A program made the translations under genes and the position numbers. The notes under the pieces were generated by a model, which saw nothing but the letters and a program-made list of their open reading frames with translations, did no database searches and was not told the origin of the DNA. A stretch of 64,000 nucleotides of DNA from Ostreococcus lucimarinus. Its lineage: Eukaryota. Positions 39,562 to 49,980 of the stretch are shown one piece after another. Position 1 is the first letter of the stretch. Each line of letters begins with the position of its first letter. The stretch is from the NCBI GenBank assembly GCA_000092065.1, contig CP000584.1; one strand, 5' to 3'.

Positions 39562-42500
39562 TTATCGAAGGTCGCCCGTGTCCCAAATCCCCGTGCGCTC
39601 GTTGCGTAAATTTGCAATGTTTCGATCGAAATCCCATCGCGCGCGTGATTCCCGCGAACCGTCGGCGTCGTTATACTCGATCTCTACGAAATCTTGCGCG
39701 GGAATCGTCGACGTAAGCGGTGTTTGTCGTACGCTCGTCGGCTCGAGCGACCTCGCACTCAGCGTCGGTTCCAAAGATGCAGAGGCGACGGTGAACGCAG
39801 TCTTGCGCCCGACGGTGTCCGAGACGTCGAAGTCGGTGAACTCGCTTAGGTGCGGTGTCGCATTTTCGTCGTGCGATGCGCGCGTTTCACCACCGCTGGA
39901 AACTTCGCTTACCACACTCACTGCTTCTTCGCCGTCGTCGTCTTCGGGAATGTCAGCCGGAGGCCAAAACACACCCATGACGTCGACTTCGCCAAACGCT
40001 TCGTCGATGATGAAATATCCATCCTTGATGGCGTTTTGAAGTTTATTTACGAGTATTTCCAAAGGACCACCTTCATTGCTACCGTCACGTCGTTCTGTGA
40101 TGCGGACGGTGACGGTATCTGCGATGTCATCCGTGCGCGCCACGCGCACTCTGTTGACGTCGACGCCGAGCTCGACGGCGATTTCTTTGCAGAAAAAGAG
40201 TTGCGTCGCGTGAGACTTGAACTTTGCCACGGGCATGTGCGTCATGACCTCGATGTCTACGTGGGTTATGTGCGACTTCGTGCGCGACGTAGGCTGATGC
40301 TTTTTTGTACGGCGTATGCCGAACACGTCGACTTCGGCTGGAGCTAGTACCGCAGGCGGCGGCTCAATGTTCGCCTTTGCCATCGGAACGATAGTCTGTG
40401 CCTTAGGCGCGATCGACATGGCCATTTTCGCCGCCGTGCGCCATGAAACTTTCACTTTTTCTTCTTCACTCTCCTTGAGCGCGAGTAAACCGCCACCAGA
40501 TGCTTCTATCACCTTGTGTCGCGGCGGCGCTTGCGGCAACGCGGCCCAATCCTCGAGCGAGCCCGCGACGAAGTAACGTAAGCACGCCCACGCGCCACCA
40601 GCGGCGCCTTGCATCGCTTTGAGTTGTTCTGCCGTCAAATCGTACGTTTCGGATGATTCCATCTTGTCGCTGCACGAAACTTCGCACTCAAATTGATGCT
40701 CATACTTGATCATGCGCAACAAACTCACGTTTTCTTCGAGGGAGTAGTCGAGAGTCAAGAAGTCGAGACGTTTGCCTCGCCACTGCTGCAAGCCGAGAAT
40801 CTCGTTGAGACCTTTGAGGAATAACGCAATGTCACCAGTCTGCATCACTGTTCTCTTGTCCATGATCACGTCGTCGCCCAAGCGCACACCGCCCGGGAAT
40901 GTTGGCGCGATGACGGCGACGCGCTCTACAGGTTGCAAGCCACTGGCTGTCGATAGTCTCTCCTTAGCCTTCGCGATGAGCTTTCTACAAAGCATCGCAC
41001 TGTTGACGTCGTGCTCGTACAAGATAACGCACGTGTCGTCGAGCGCACATGCTTCCAGGCGTTCGGGAAACTTCATCGCGTCTGAGATAAACACGAGAGA
41101 TTCGTACACGCGTGTGGTGTTCGAACGCTTCATCTTTGGCGGCTGCGGCTCGACGTCTGCGGTCGCGACGATCGGGTTCAACGTCTGTTTTGTCGTCGCG
41201 GGTTTCGAACTCTTGCCATCGTCTGTTGTCGCCGCCAGTTGTATCTTTGCCAGTGCAATCTTCATGAGCTGATGTTCGACGGTGTTTGGCGTGAATTCCT
41301 CTGGCACGTCTGCGTCGTCCAACTCGTCGAGTTCCGCAAGTGCCATACTCAGATTGAACATTTGCGTTTTGGACAAAGCCGAACTGTCTGCGCACGCGCG
41401 TGTGCGCTGATAATATTTCATGCAATCCTCGATTCGACCTTGAGAGAGTCGAGTAAGCGTGAGATTGTACAGCGCCGGATAGTAACTCGGATTAATCGTC
41501 AACGCCAGCCTGAGTTGCTCGTTGCACGCGCTCAATAGTCCCTTGCACCAATCGAGCATGGCCAAGTTCGTCAACGCCTCGACGTTGCCCGGATCAACTT
41601 CCAACGCATTAAGGTAATTCGCCCCGGAGCGCTGGAAGTCGCCTCGCCTGAAGGCCAAGTTCCCGAGCTTAACTTGCGACGGAGCGTGCTTGGCGTCGAG
41701 GTTCAACGTCTGTTCAAAGTGATATTCGGCTTTCTTCCATTGTCCAAGCTTAACGTACAACAGCGCGAGGGCGTACGTCGCGCGTGAATCATTCGGACGG
41801 CAGTCGACGGCGCGTTTCATCCATTCTTTTGCCTCACCCACAGAACCAATGGAGTCGATGACGATTGCGAGATTGTACAAAGCCTTGAAGTAATTCGGTT
41901 CACGATCGAGCGCGGCGAGATAGCTCACGCGCGCGCTCGCCGCATCGCCCGCCAAGAAGTGCGCGTTGCCGATGTTGAAGTGCGCGACCGCGCTCACCGG
42001 ATCGCGACGAATTGCCATCGCGTACACCGTGCTCGCCTTTGCGAGCTTGCCTTGAGCGAGGAAAATATTGCCGAGCGTAATCTGCCGCTGCGCTGTCAGG
42101 GTAAGACTTGCACTCCGTTGCGCAAACGCGTGCGCATACTCGGTATCACCGGCGAATGCGCGACAGATGGCCAAGCCGTGCATGATATCGGCGTTTCCCG
42201 GATTCCTCTCTGCCATTCGCGCGTAAATTTCTTCGGCTTCTTCGATACCACCTCTTCGAAAGCAATCGATAGCATAGCGCAAGTCTTCGTCTTCAAATTC
42301 CTTTATGGTGCCGCGAGACGCCGCCGTGTTTTCCATCAACGGTGTGATAGCGTCCACGAAAGATTCGTTTTCGGCGTACTGAAGTGTGAGCTTTTCCCGA
42401 GCCCATATCCGTCTAGAAATTATCCAAAGAATTATGCCGTACACGGAGAGAGCGATGCCTCCCACGGTCCACGACGTCTTGTCGGCTTCGCGCACTCCGA

Positions 42501-45500
42501 GCGGTGGCGGCGGTAGTGGAGGAAGCTCGTACGTGCCGTCGGGGATGCACCGCACGCCATCAATGGCTTCCTGCACCTCTACGCTCAAAACACCGTCAGC
42601 ACGCATGCGAGGCGTTTCCCCGACCCACGCAGGAGCGCCACTAACGAATCCCGATGGACACGCCACGCACGCGACGGATCCAAACGACCCCGCGAAGAAA
42701 TTATCTTGACATTGCACGCAAGACGTCATGCCGCTCGCGGGTTGAATCGTCCCGCGCGGGCACAGAGCACACTCCAACGCTCCTGTTAGTGGTGCCACTG
42801 TGCCGGGCACACACGTGGGGCAACCCGTCGATCCACGAAAGCCAGTCGCCGTGCCCGCACCGCACGTCAAACACTGCGCAGCGTTCGTCGTCGTGGAATA
42901 CGAGCCCGGATTGCACAAAGAACACTCTCGCACTGCGGCGCTCGCGGATGAACTCACGTATGAGCCCGCTGCGCAATCAACTGACGGTAATGACAAAGGC
43001 ACTGCGCCTACGTTCAGCGTACTCGCCGTCACGGCGTCCGAAATCTTCGTCACCGCTTGCGAGAGGTACGTTTGATTCCAGTCGCCGCCGTAACTCGTTG
43101 GCAACATCGCGAGCGAATTGATCGTAAACACAACGATCACCGAGCCTTGTTTGATTCCCAGGATTTCAACATCGTTTGCGGTTGTTCCGTCACTCAGTGC
43201 GCTCGCTATACCAGTTTTGAACGCGGTCGCGTCGGTCTCCGTCCAACCTTCGACGTTTCCTTGTAATCGCAAAGAAATCTCAGGGACGTTGATCGTCACG
43301 TTGAGCGGCGGCAGCGACGGCGGCGATGGCGGCGGTGGTGATGGTGGAGGAGAGGGTGGTGGGTTCGGTGGCGGTGGGGCAAGTCCACAAGACGTCTGCC
43401 CGACGTCACCGAAAGTTCCAGAACCGCTCGCACACGGCGTCGGCGTGACGGTGCCTGCGTTGGGACAGCTGGTGTCCACCGGGCACAATACGCACGTGCT
43501 CGAATCGCTCGCCGCAGTCGCCGTGCTGTACATTCCGGCAGGACACTTAGTACAGTCCTCGTCCGAGACCGCGGCGGTCGTGAGCCCGAACGTTCCAGCA
43601 GGACACGAGCTGCAAGCACTGACACTGCCCAAGCTGTACGTCCCCTTCGCGCAGTCGTACTGCGCCGTCGCCGAACTCGTGTCGTTGCAATACCGCCCTG
43701 GTGGGCAGAACGAGCAATGTGTCTGACCACCTTCACTGAACGTCCCGGGCGCACAATCGGCATTACCACTACCGTCCGTCGCAGGGCATTGTTTGCCGAC
43801 TTCGCACCTCGTGCACGCGCTCACGGCGCCTCCGTAACTATAAAATCCTAACGCGCAGTTCAGCTGTATGTCCTGCGTTGTATCCGTGCAGTAGCGCCCT
43901 GGATCACACTCAGTACACGCTGCAGCTCTCCCTAAACTGAACGTTCCCGCTTGGCACTGCGTCTGATCACCCGGAAGCGGCGTGGGACACGCCGATCCCG
44001 CGGTACAATTTGAGCACGCCTGCGCGCCTGCGTAAGACTGCGTGCCGATCGGACACAAAGCCGGAGCGGACGCTCCATCGGCGCACGAGTAGCCTTCAGG
44101 ACACGTTACACATCCTGCGCCGGACGCCGCCGCGGTCGGCTGCCGAAGTGGGTCGGTGTCGTTGTAAGGCCTCGCAAACGCAACGGCGACATCCTTGAGA
44201 GCCCAGCCGCTGTAGGTGCCCGCGCCGCACTCCTGGTACGCAGTGAGCCCTTCGGTCGGGCACGACTTACCCACCGGGCACGTTAGACAGCTTCCTGACG
44301 CAGAGCTGGGCTGGTACGTGCCGATATCACACAGTTCGCAAGACGTCGATCCCTCCTCTGCGTACGATCCAGCGGGACACGCCGAAGGCGTAATTCTTTC
44401 CGCAGTCGACTCGCACTTGTAACCAGCCGGACATGGCAAGCACGACGTACTTCCCACAGTAGCCGCATATGTCCCGGCCAAACAAGGCGAGCACGTCGAA
44501 CTTCCCTCGGCTGCCGCCGACCCCGCGGCGCAAATCTCCGGCGTCACCGTGCCCGGCGATTCACACTTGTAGCCCGCCGTACAGCTTGTGCAAGTCGCTG
44601 ACGCCGCCGACGCCGCGAACGTGCCAGCATCACACGTCGAACATTCGAGCGATCCCTGCGCGGACGATGTACCCGCGAGACAGGGCTGCGGCGTGATTGT
44701 CGCCGCGCTCGCACACTTGTAGCCCGCCGGACACGGCGCGCACGATCCTCCCGCGGCGCCGTTGTACTCTCCCGCCGGACACGGCACCGCGATCGACGTC
44801 TTCAACAATTCACACTCCGTACCCGCCGGACACTGCGAGCACGACGACTGCTTTCCCTCGAAAACGCACGTCACAGTCGTTCCCTCGTTGTCCAATCCCG
44901 CACCGTTATTCGTCACCTCCCCGCACCCCGACACGAATCCGTCCGCTTGCCCAGCCGTCTCGCACACCATCCCGATCGTGCCCGTCGGGCTCACTGACGG
45001 CGCGCACGTCAACGTCATCGTCCCCGAATCCGGCAGCGGGATCACGCACGTCGCCGCTTGCTCTTTAAAAAAGCTCAACCCGCCCTCCGCGTACGCGCAC
45101 GTCGCCGCGATTTTCGACCCGTCCAGCCCGTGACTCGCCTGATACGCCTCCTGCAGCGCCGTCACCCAATTCGCCTCATCTATCGCGTTCCCCGCGCAAT
45201 CCGTGGCGACGTCCCACTGGCACACCGCGTTCGCGCCCGTGGCGTAATTTCCGACGCCGCAGTCGGCGCACGACGTCGCCGTCCCGTCGCCGCTCGTCCC
45301 CGCCGCGCAGTCCGCGCACGCGCCGTCATCGATGAACTGTCCCGCCGCGCACGTCTGCGCGGACGCGGGCGTTATCAACGCCGTCGCCGACAGCGCGAGG
45401 AGCGTCGCGAGCGTCAGCGCGCGCCGCACGCGCGCGAAACGAGGCCGCGGCTCTTTCGGCATTTCGCAACGCGTCGACGGTTTCGTCTCTACGCGTCGCC

Positions 45501-45549
45501 GACGATCGACGACATGCGCCCGTCGCGCGTGTGCGCGCCCGCGACGCAC
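39562..45549 (-). CDS. Receptor-like type-I membrane protein: signal peptide, ~20 Cys-rich ephrin-receptor-like/TNFR-type repeats, Pro-rich stalk, TM, cytoplasmic TPR array and uncharacterised C-terminal domain (1995 aa)
   Basis: The signal peptide is LTLATLLALSATALITPASA. Repeated C.xC.AG.Y....C..C..G... units follow (for example CSPCLAGTYAATVGSTSCLPCPAGYKCES). Then come PPPPNPPPSPPPSPPPPSPPSLPP, a TM helix WTVGGIALSVYGIILWIISRRIW, about 10 TPR motifs (AHFNIGNAHFLAGDAASARVSYLAALDREPNYFKALYNLA...) and a ~600-aa C-terminal region with no family I recognise. Confidence 0.7.
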   Translation of the reverse strand: MRRGRAHARRAHVVDRRRRVETKPSTRCEMPKEPRPRFARVRRALTLATLLALSATALITPASAQTCAAGQFIDDGACADCAAGTSGDGTATSCADCGVGNYATGANAVCQWDVATDCAGNAIDEANWVTALQEAYQASHGLDGSKIAATCAYAEGGLSFFKEQAATCVIPLPDSGTMTLTCAPSVSPTGTIGMVCETAGQADGFVSGCGEVTNNGAGLDNEGTTVTCVFEGKQSSCSQCPAGTECELLKTSIAVPCPAGEYNGAAGGSCAPCPAGYKCASAATITPQPCLAGTSSAQGSLECSTCDAGTFAASAASATCTSCTAGYKCESPGTVTPEICAAGSAAAEGSSTCSPCLAGTYAATVGSTSCLPCPAGYKCESTAERITPSACPAGSYAEEGSTSCELCDIGTYQPSSASGSCLTCPVGKSCPTEGLTAYQECGAGTYSGWALKDVAVAFARPYNDTDPLRQPTAAASGAGCVTCPEGYSCADGASAPALCPIGTQSYAGAQACSNCTAGSACPTPLPGDQTQCQAGTFSLGRAAACTECDPGRYCTDTTQDIQLNCALGFYSYGGAVSACTRCEVGKQCPATDGSGNADCAPGTFSEGGQTHCSFCPPGRYCNDTSSATAQYDCAKGTYSLGSVSACSSCPAGTFGLTTAAVSDEDCTKCPAGMYSTATAASDSSTCVLCPVDTSCPNAGTVTPTPCASGSGTFGDVGQTSCGLAPPPPNPPPSPPPSPPPPSPPSLPPLNVTINVPEISLRLQGNVEGWTETDATAFKTGIASALSDGTTANDVEILGIKQGSVIVVFTINSLAMLPTSYGGDWNQTYLSQAVTKISDAVTASTLNVGAVPLSLPSVDCAAGSYVSSSASAAVRECSLCNPGSYSTTTNAAQCLTCGAGTATGFRGSTGCPTCVPGTVAPLTGALECALCPRGTIQPASGMTSCVQCQDNFFAGSFGSVACVACPSGFVSGAPAWVGETPRMRADGVLSVEVQEAIDGVRCIPDGTYELPPLPPPPLGVREADKTSWTVGGIALSVYGIILWIISRRIWAREKLTLQYAENESFVDAITPLMENTAASRGTIKEFEDEDLRYAIDCFRRGGIEEAEEIYARMAERNPGNADIMHGLAICRAFAGDTEYAHAFAQRSASLTLTAQRQITLGNIFLAQGKLAKASTVYAMAIRRDPVSAVAHFNIGNAHFLAGDAASARVSYLAALDREPNYFKALYNLAIVIDSIGSVGEAKEWMKRAVDCRPNDSRATYALALLYVKLGQWKKAEYHFEQTLNLDAKHAPSQVKLGNLAFRRGDFQRSGANYLNALEVDPGNVEALTNLAMLDWCKGLLSACNEQLRLALTINPSYYPALYNLTLTRLSQGRIEDCMKYYQRTRACADSSALSKTQMFNLSMALAELDELDDADVPEEFTPNTVEHQLMKIALAKIQLAATTDDGKSSKPATTKQTLNPIVATADVEPQPPKMKRSNTTRVYESLVFISDAMKFPERLEACALDDTCVILYEHDVNSAMLCRKLIAKAKERLSTASGLQPVERVAVIAPTFPGGVRLGDDVIMDKRTVMQTGDIALFLKGLNEILGLQQWRGKRLDFLTLDYSLEENVSLLRMIKYEHQFECEVSCSDKMESSETYDLTAEQLKAMQGAAGGAWACLRYFVAGSLEDWAALPQAPPRHKVIEASGGGLLALKESEEEKVKVSWRTAAKMAMSIAPKAQTIVPMAKANIEPPPAVLAPAEVDVFGIRRTKKHQPTSRTKSHITHVDIEVMTHMPVAKFKSHATQLFFCKEIAVELGVDVNRVRVARTDDIADTVTVRITERRDGSNEGGPLEILVNKLQNAIKDGYFIIDEAFGEVDVMGVFWPPADIPEDDDGEEAVSVVSEVSSGGETRASHDENATPHLSEFTDFDVSDTVGRKTAFTVASASLEPTLSARSLEPTSVRQTPLTSTIPAQDFVEIEYNDADGSRESRARWDFDRNIANLRNERTGIWDTGDLR

Positions 45550-45785
45550 GTTTCTCTCGCGGGCGTCGCGGACGCGCGCGTGGGGGCGGTGCGCGCGATG
45601 TAAACTGACGCGATGGGGCCGCGGGCATCGTCCCCCTCAACCGTCCGGGCGGCGCGACGGCGGCTCGATTCGACGGATGGATTCGATTCGCGGCGTCGCG
45701 CGTCGACGGACTCGTCTCTACGGATTTTTTGGATGGATTCGTTCGTTAAATAATGCACGCGGGCCGAAGATGCGCGCGCGCCGGG

Positions 45786-46991
45786 CTAACGCTCGAGCCA
45801 GGCGTCTTCTTCCACGGCGACGCCGGTGTGACGAGCGACGCGATCGCAGACGACGAGGACCTCGTCGCCGGGGACGAGCTCGGCGACGGAGACGTGCGCG
45901 CCGCCGGGACGGACGAGACGACACGTCTCGGCGTTTTGAAGTAAAACGGCGAGCGTGCCGACGTCGGGCCCGCTCGGGTGGTCGGCTTCGATCATAAGCA
46001 TCGAACGACGCTCCATTTTGACGCGAGCGACGTTGGCCACGCGCGTTCGGCCGTCGGCGGCGCAGACGAGGATTTCGCTTCCACATCGCAGCTCGCTCAG
46101 GTAGGACGTTTTACCGTTCGGGGCGCGCACGTATGACGCCGTCGGGCCCGCATTGACCCTAAATGGACGCGTGTTGACGTAGCCGCACTCGATGTTTTCC
46201 GCGTGAATCAAGAACAAACCGCTCGCGAACGATCCCACCAGCATGCCCTCGCCGAGCTCAAAGTTCGTCGCCGCGTCCACGGCGCATCGATCACCAGCCC
46301 CCACGCGTTTCACCGCAGTCACTCGCGCGGGCACCAACTCTAATTTTTCACTCGATTCCCCACCGAACGAGCGCATCGCATCGGCTAACGCGCGTACCTC
46401 CGCCGGGTCGTTCGTCCGCAAGCACACGCCGTCGACGCCGGTCTCCAACGCCTCGAGCATCACTCGAGCCTCCGCGGCGTCGTGCACGCACGCGAACAGC
46501 GCCCTGTCTATCGGCGTTCCCGCAAACGCCGCGACTAAATTTTCTGCGGGAATGATGGACCAACCATCGACGCAGTCCATGACCAACACGTCGCCGTCCC
46601 GTCTCGAAGCCGCCGCCGCCGCCGCGCGAGCGCACTCCTCTGGCGATCTTATCACCGCGAACGCGCCTCTGCGCGCGCCTTGGACGCGATCGACGATCGA
46701 ACCATCGTCTTCGGCGACGAGTAATTCGCAATTCACCGACTTTGCGAACGTCTCGGCGTCGCGCGCCGCGCAAACCACCGTGGTGGTTAGAGCTAATTCA
46801 GCAGCCGTCTGCACGCACTGCACGTTTGACGTCTGTAACCAGCACTGACGGGCGCGATCGCGATCGCGTTTGCTCGCGCGACACACGATGGTGTCGCTTC
46901 GACGCGCGCGCGCGGTCGGCGGCGCGTGACTCGCGAGCGAGCGCGCGGTTGAAGCCATGCGAGGCGAACAGTGTGGGACCGTGTGGGACAC
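45786..46991 (-). CDS. 3-dehydroquinate synthase type II homolog (archaeal-type DHQS-II fold)
   Basis: The C-terminal two-thirds align closely with archaeal [72 protein letters not shown]...[16 protein letters not shown]...[11 protein letters not shown]...[14 protein letters not shown] matches [65 protein letters not shown]...GRVKIERRPLVLIEAE...ILQNAETIRLV...ISVVDLKPGDKVLI. Confidence 0.75.
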   Translation of the reverse strand: [401 protein letters not shown]

Positions 46992-47075
46992 ACATTGGAC
47001 CGTGTGTCGGCATAATTCGACGTACAGACGCGCGTCAGCGCGAGCTTTCGACCGAACGACGATCGAGATTGAACG

Positions 47076-47772
47076 ATGAAAATTTTCACGGCGACGCTAT
47101 GCGCGCTTCTTGTCCTCGCGTCCGGCGCGCTCGCGGCTGAGGCGGACGATGACGATACGAAAGAGGACATGCTGCGGGATTTTTGGAAGGACGAAATGGC
47201 GAACTTTGAGTACACGATGACGAACGCGACCACGGGCGAACCGATAGAGGGCGCGGGAGCTATCGTCGCGCCGACGTTCTCGCGCGATAAAGTTCTCGGT
47301 GCGTTTGAGAACGATTGTGTTTAATATTGATTTTCGCGCGCGACTGACGCCGCCGACGCGGGCGTGTTTCGTCGCAGTGGGCGTCTTCATACCCGCATCG
47401 AGCGGTTTCATAAATTCGCAAAAAACGGTGAACGTCACGGTGTGTGAATTCATGTACCCAGAAAACTGCCTGATGGAGACGCCGTATCCCGGAGCACCGA
47501 GCGAGTATGCGTGCGGCTTGTCCGACGAGGAGCGACCAGAAACTGGATTCGAGTGCGATTCGCGAGAAGTCGAAGTTGAGCCCGACGGCGATCTGTCCGT
47601 TGACGTGGAAATCGAAGAAGAAAATGAAGCGTTGTACGACGATTACGCCGAGTCGCCAGCGCCGGCGCCGGCGCGAAAGTTACTCGCGTCAGCTCGAATC
47701 GGGCGCGCGAATCCGCGAAGATCGCGCACGCTGCGAACGGCGGGGGCGCGCGGATACGGACGAGGTCGTTAA
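47076..47772 (+). CDS. Small secreted acidic protein (211 aa), two exons
   Basis: The gene model is join(47076..47316, 47378..47772). It has a signal peptide MKIFTATLCALLVLASGALA. The 61-nt intron (GTGTTT...TCGCAG, phase 1) joins two ORFs that otherwise end or start abruptly. The mature protein is Asp/Glu-rich with a few Cys. Confidence 0.4.
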
Positions 47773-47841
47773 CAGAGCGCCCCAGGGTACGGTTCAAGCT
47801 ACGATGATCCTAACGATACGAATACAAAATTTTCTCTTCTT

Positions 47842-49809
47842 TCACACCACCGTGCCGCGCGACATACAATCGCGAAGTTGATACAATAACTGTCCCCCGC
47901 TCGCTTTGCTGGCCAACACCGAGATCGATTTCCCTTTTTTACCGCGGCCGAGCCACGCGGCGACGGCCAGAGCCTTGGCCTCGGTTTCTGTGTCGTCGTC
48001 TCTTGCTTTAGGGACTAAAATAACGCACCCATCGGACACCTTTTTTAGATGTTCGATGGATTTCGCATTCGTGATTTCCTCGGGGACGTCGTCCGAGCTC
48101 GATCGCGACGACGAATTCGCGCCCACGTTTTCGTCTTGCTGCCGCGCGAGAATGATTTCCAGCTCGCTCGCACGAACGCGGACGATTTGCTTCTTTAAGC
48201 ATGGCAGTGCGGTGTCGAGGCCTTCTTGCGTGATTCTATAAGCGCACTCGACGCCGTCGACGATTTGACGTTCAAACGCACGAACGCCGCACGCAACGAC
48301 CTGCAAACCAGCGTTCTTGCCATCCTTTCCCCGCGCCGTCAACACTTTTCGTGCGCCGTCGGACAAGTAATATAGACGCTTTGGAGTGACACCCGGAAGG
48401 TCGGAGTGCTGACGCGTCATCAACGCGTCGTCCAGATCGAGCGCGTCTTGCACGCCGTAATGTTTATTGATGCTCTTCACGATGGATCTGTCTTCAACCT
48501 TCATCACCGGCGCCACACGTTTCTTTTCGTTCCACTGCTCATTCGCACGCTCCATTCTATAAGTCTTGTTTGCGTCCATTTGCGGCGTTTGCTCCATCTC
48601 CGGAGGCAACTCGGCCGTCTTCTTCAACGCGGTGATGAAAAATCCACCCGTATCGTCGAGATGGGGAAATACTCGAACGCATCTCTCGAGCGGCATCGCG
48701 TCATACTCTCGGTTCCAAAACATCGTCTTCGCCACGGTTTTCATGCGTTTCTTCCCAGTCTCTTCGAAAGAGTCGTGCCATCCGTATATATCACCGACTT
48801 TCCATCTCTTCATCCCCGGTCGTCGCTTAAGCTCGGGCAAGCTCTTCGAGACGTCGACGAGCTCCACAGAGCCTTTCGCGCGCTTCAACAGCGCCGCGAC
48901 GACGGACTCATTCTCCAATGGGTTCAAACTGCACGTCGAGTAGACTAAACGCCCACCCACTTCGAGCAAGCGCAAGGCGTGGGTGGCGATCTCAAGCTGA
49001 AGCGTGTGTAAATCCACCCCGCTCGAGGCGTTCCACTTCTTCCAAAGGTCGGGCGATTTCCGCAGCGTCCCATCACCGCTGCACGGGACGTCGGCTAAAA
49101 TTCTATCGAACCTAATTTTCTTTCCCTTGGCGTCGTGTAAAATTGGAAACAACTGCGCCTGATGATTCGTCACGACGAGTGCCGGGGAGTTGCTTCGCTT
49201 GCACTGATGCGTGAGCAAATTCGCTCGCTGTAAAGACGCGTCGTTCGCTACCACCACCCCTCGAGGCGTCTCCCCAGCGTTCGTCGCGCCGTGCAACATC
49301 TCCAATAACTGTGACGTCTTACTTCCCGGCGCGGCGCACATATCGATCACGCGATGCTTCGGTTTCACCTCTAAAAACAACGGCGGAATCATCGAAACCA
49401 ACTCTTGCCTCGTCAGCGCCCCCGTCTCCCCGGCGCTCTTCAAAAACGCGTGCAACCCGAGCACGCCGCGCGATTCACTCTGTTTCAACGACGCGCTCTG
49501 CGATATATCTATCTGCCAGCTCAAACGATCCGGATACCACGCGACGCACTTCGGCGGCTTCATCGACGCCTCGCGCTTCAGCGCCGGCAACACGTCGCCC
49601 TCCAGCTTCCTCCGCACCGCCTCCACGAGCGCCGTCGACGCGTTCAGTCGAAACGTCAGCGGCAGCGGTCTTCGAAACGCCTCCATCATCGCTCGAAAGT
49701 CGCCCGCGTCTTCGCACACGCCCTGCGCGGCGTAATACGCCTCGAACCTTTCGTTCGCGAGCGCCGGCGGCTCGAGCTTCGCGCGCTTCTCGCGATGCCC
49801 GTCGTCCAT
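47842..49809 (-). CDS. NSUN2: tRNA (cytosine-5)-methyltransferase NSUN2/Trm4 (NOL1/NOP2/Sun family)
   Basis: NOL1/NOP2/Sun family motifs are present: MCAAPGSKTSQLLEML, FDRILADVPCSGDGTLRK and RLVYSTCSLNPLENE. The N-terminus KRAKLEPP..ERFEAYYAAQGV matches the NSUN2 N-terminal region. The ORF continues upstream to 50265, but that extension is Arg-rich shadow sequence overlapping a plus-strand gene. The start is placed at the Met at 49809. Confidence 0.8.
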   Translation of the reverse strand: MDDGHREKRAKLEPPALANERFEAYYAAQGVCEDAGDFRAMMEAFRRPLPLTFRLNASTALVEAVRRKLEGDVLPALKREASMKPPKCVAWYPDRLSWQIDISQSASLKQSESRGVLGLHAFLKSAGETGALTRQELVSMIPPLFLEVKPKHRVIDMCAAPGSKTSQLLEMLHGATNAGETPRGVVVANDASLQRANLLTHQCKRSNSPALVVTNHQAQLFPILHDAKGKKIRFDRILADVPCSGDGTLRKSPDLWKKWNASSGVDLHTLQLEIATHALRLLEVGGRLVYSTCSLNPLENESVVAALLKRAKGSVELVDVSKSLPELKRRPGMKRWKVGDIYGWHDSFEETGKKRMKTVAKTMFWNREYDAMPLERCVRVFPHLDDTGGFFITALKKTAELPPEMEQTPQMDANKTYRMERANEQWNEKKRVAPVMKVEDRSIVKSINKHYGVQDALDLDDALMTRQHSDLPGVTPKRLYYLSDGARKVLTARGKDGKNAGLQVVACGVRAFERQIVDGVECAYRITQEGLDTALPCLKKQIVRVRASELEIILARQQDENVGANSSSRSSSDDVPEEITNAKSIEHLKKVSDGCVILVPKARDDDTETEAKALAVAAWLGRGKKGKSISVLASKASGGQLLYQLRDCMSRGTVV

Positions 49810-49980
49810 CGCGCGCGCGCTCGACGCGCCGGCGCGTCGCGCGCGTTCGCAAGCGATCCGCGCGCGCGCTCGTTCGTCGCTCGACGACGCGCGTCGTCCA
49901 CTGGCGTCGTCCCGACGACGACGTGGGACGCGCTCGCGACGACGCCGCACTGCGCGCCGCGTCGACTCGACGACGACGCC

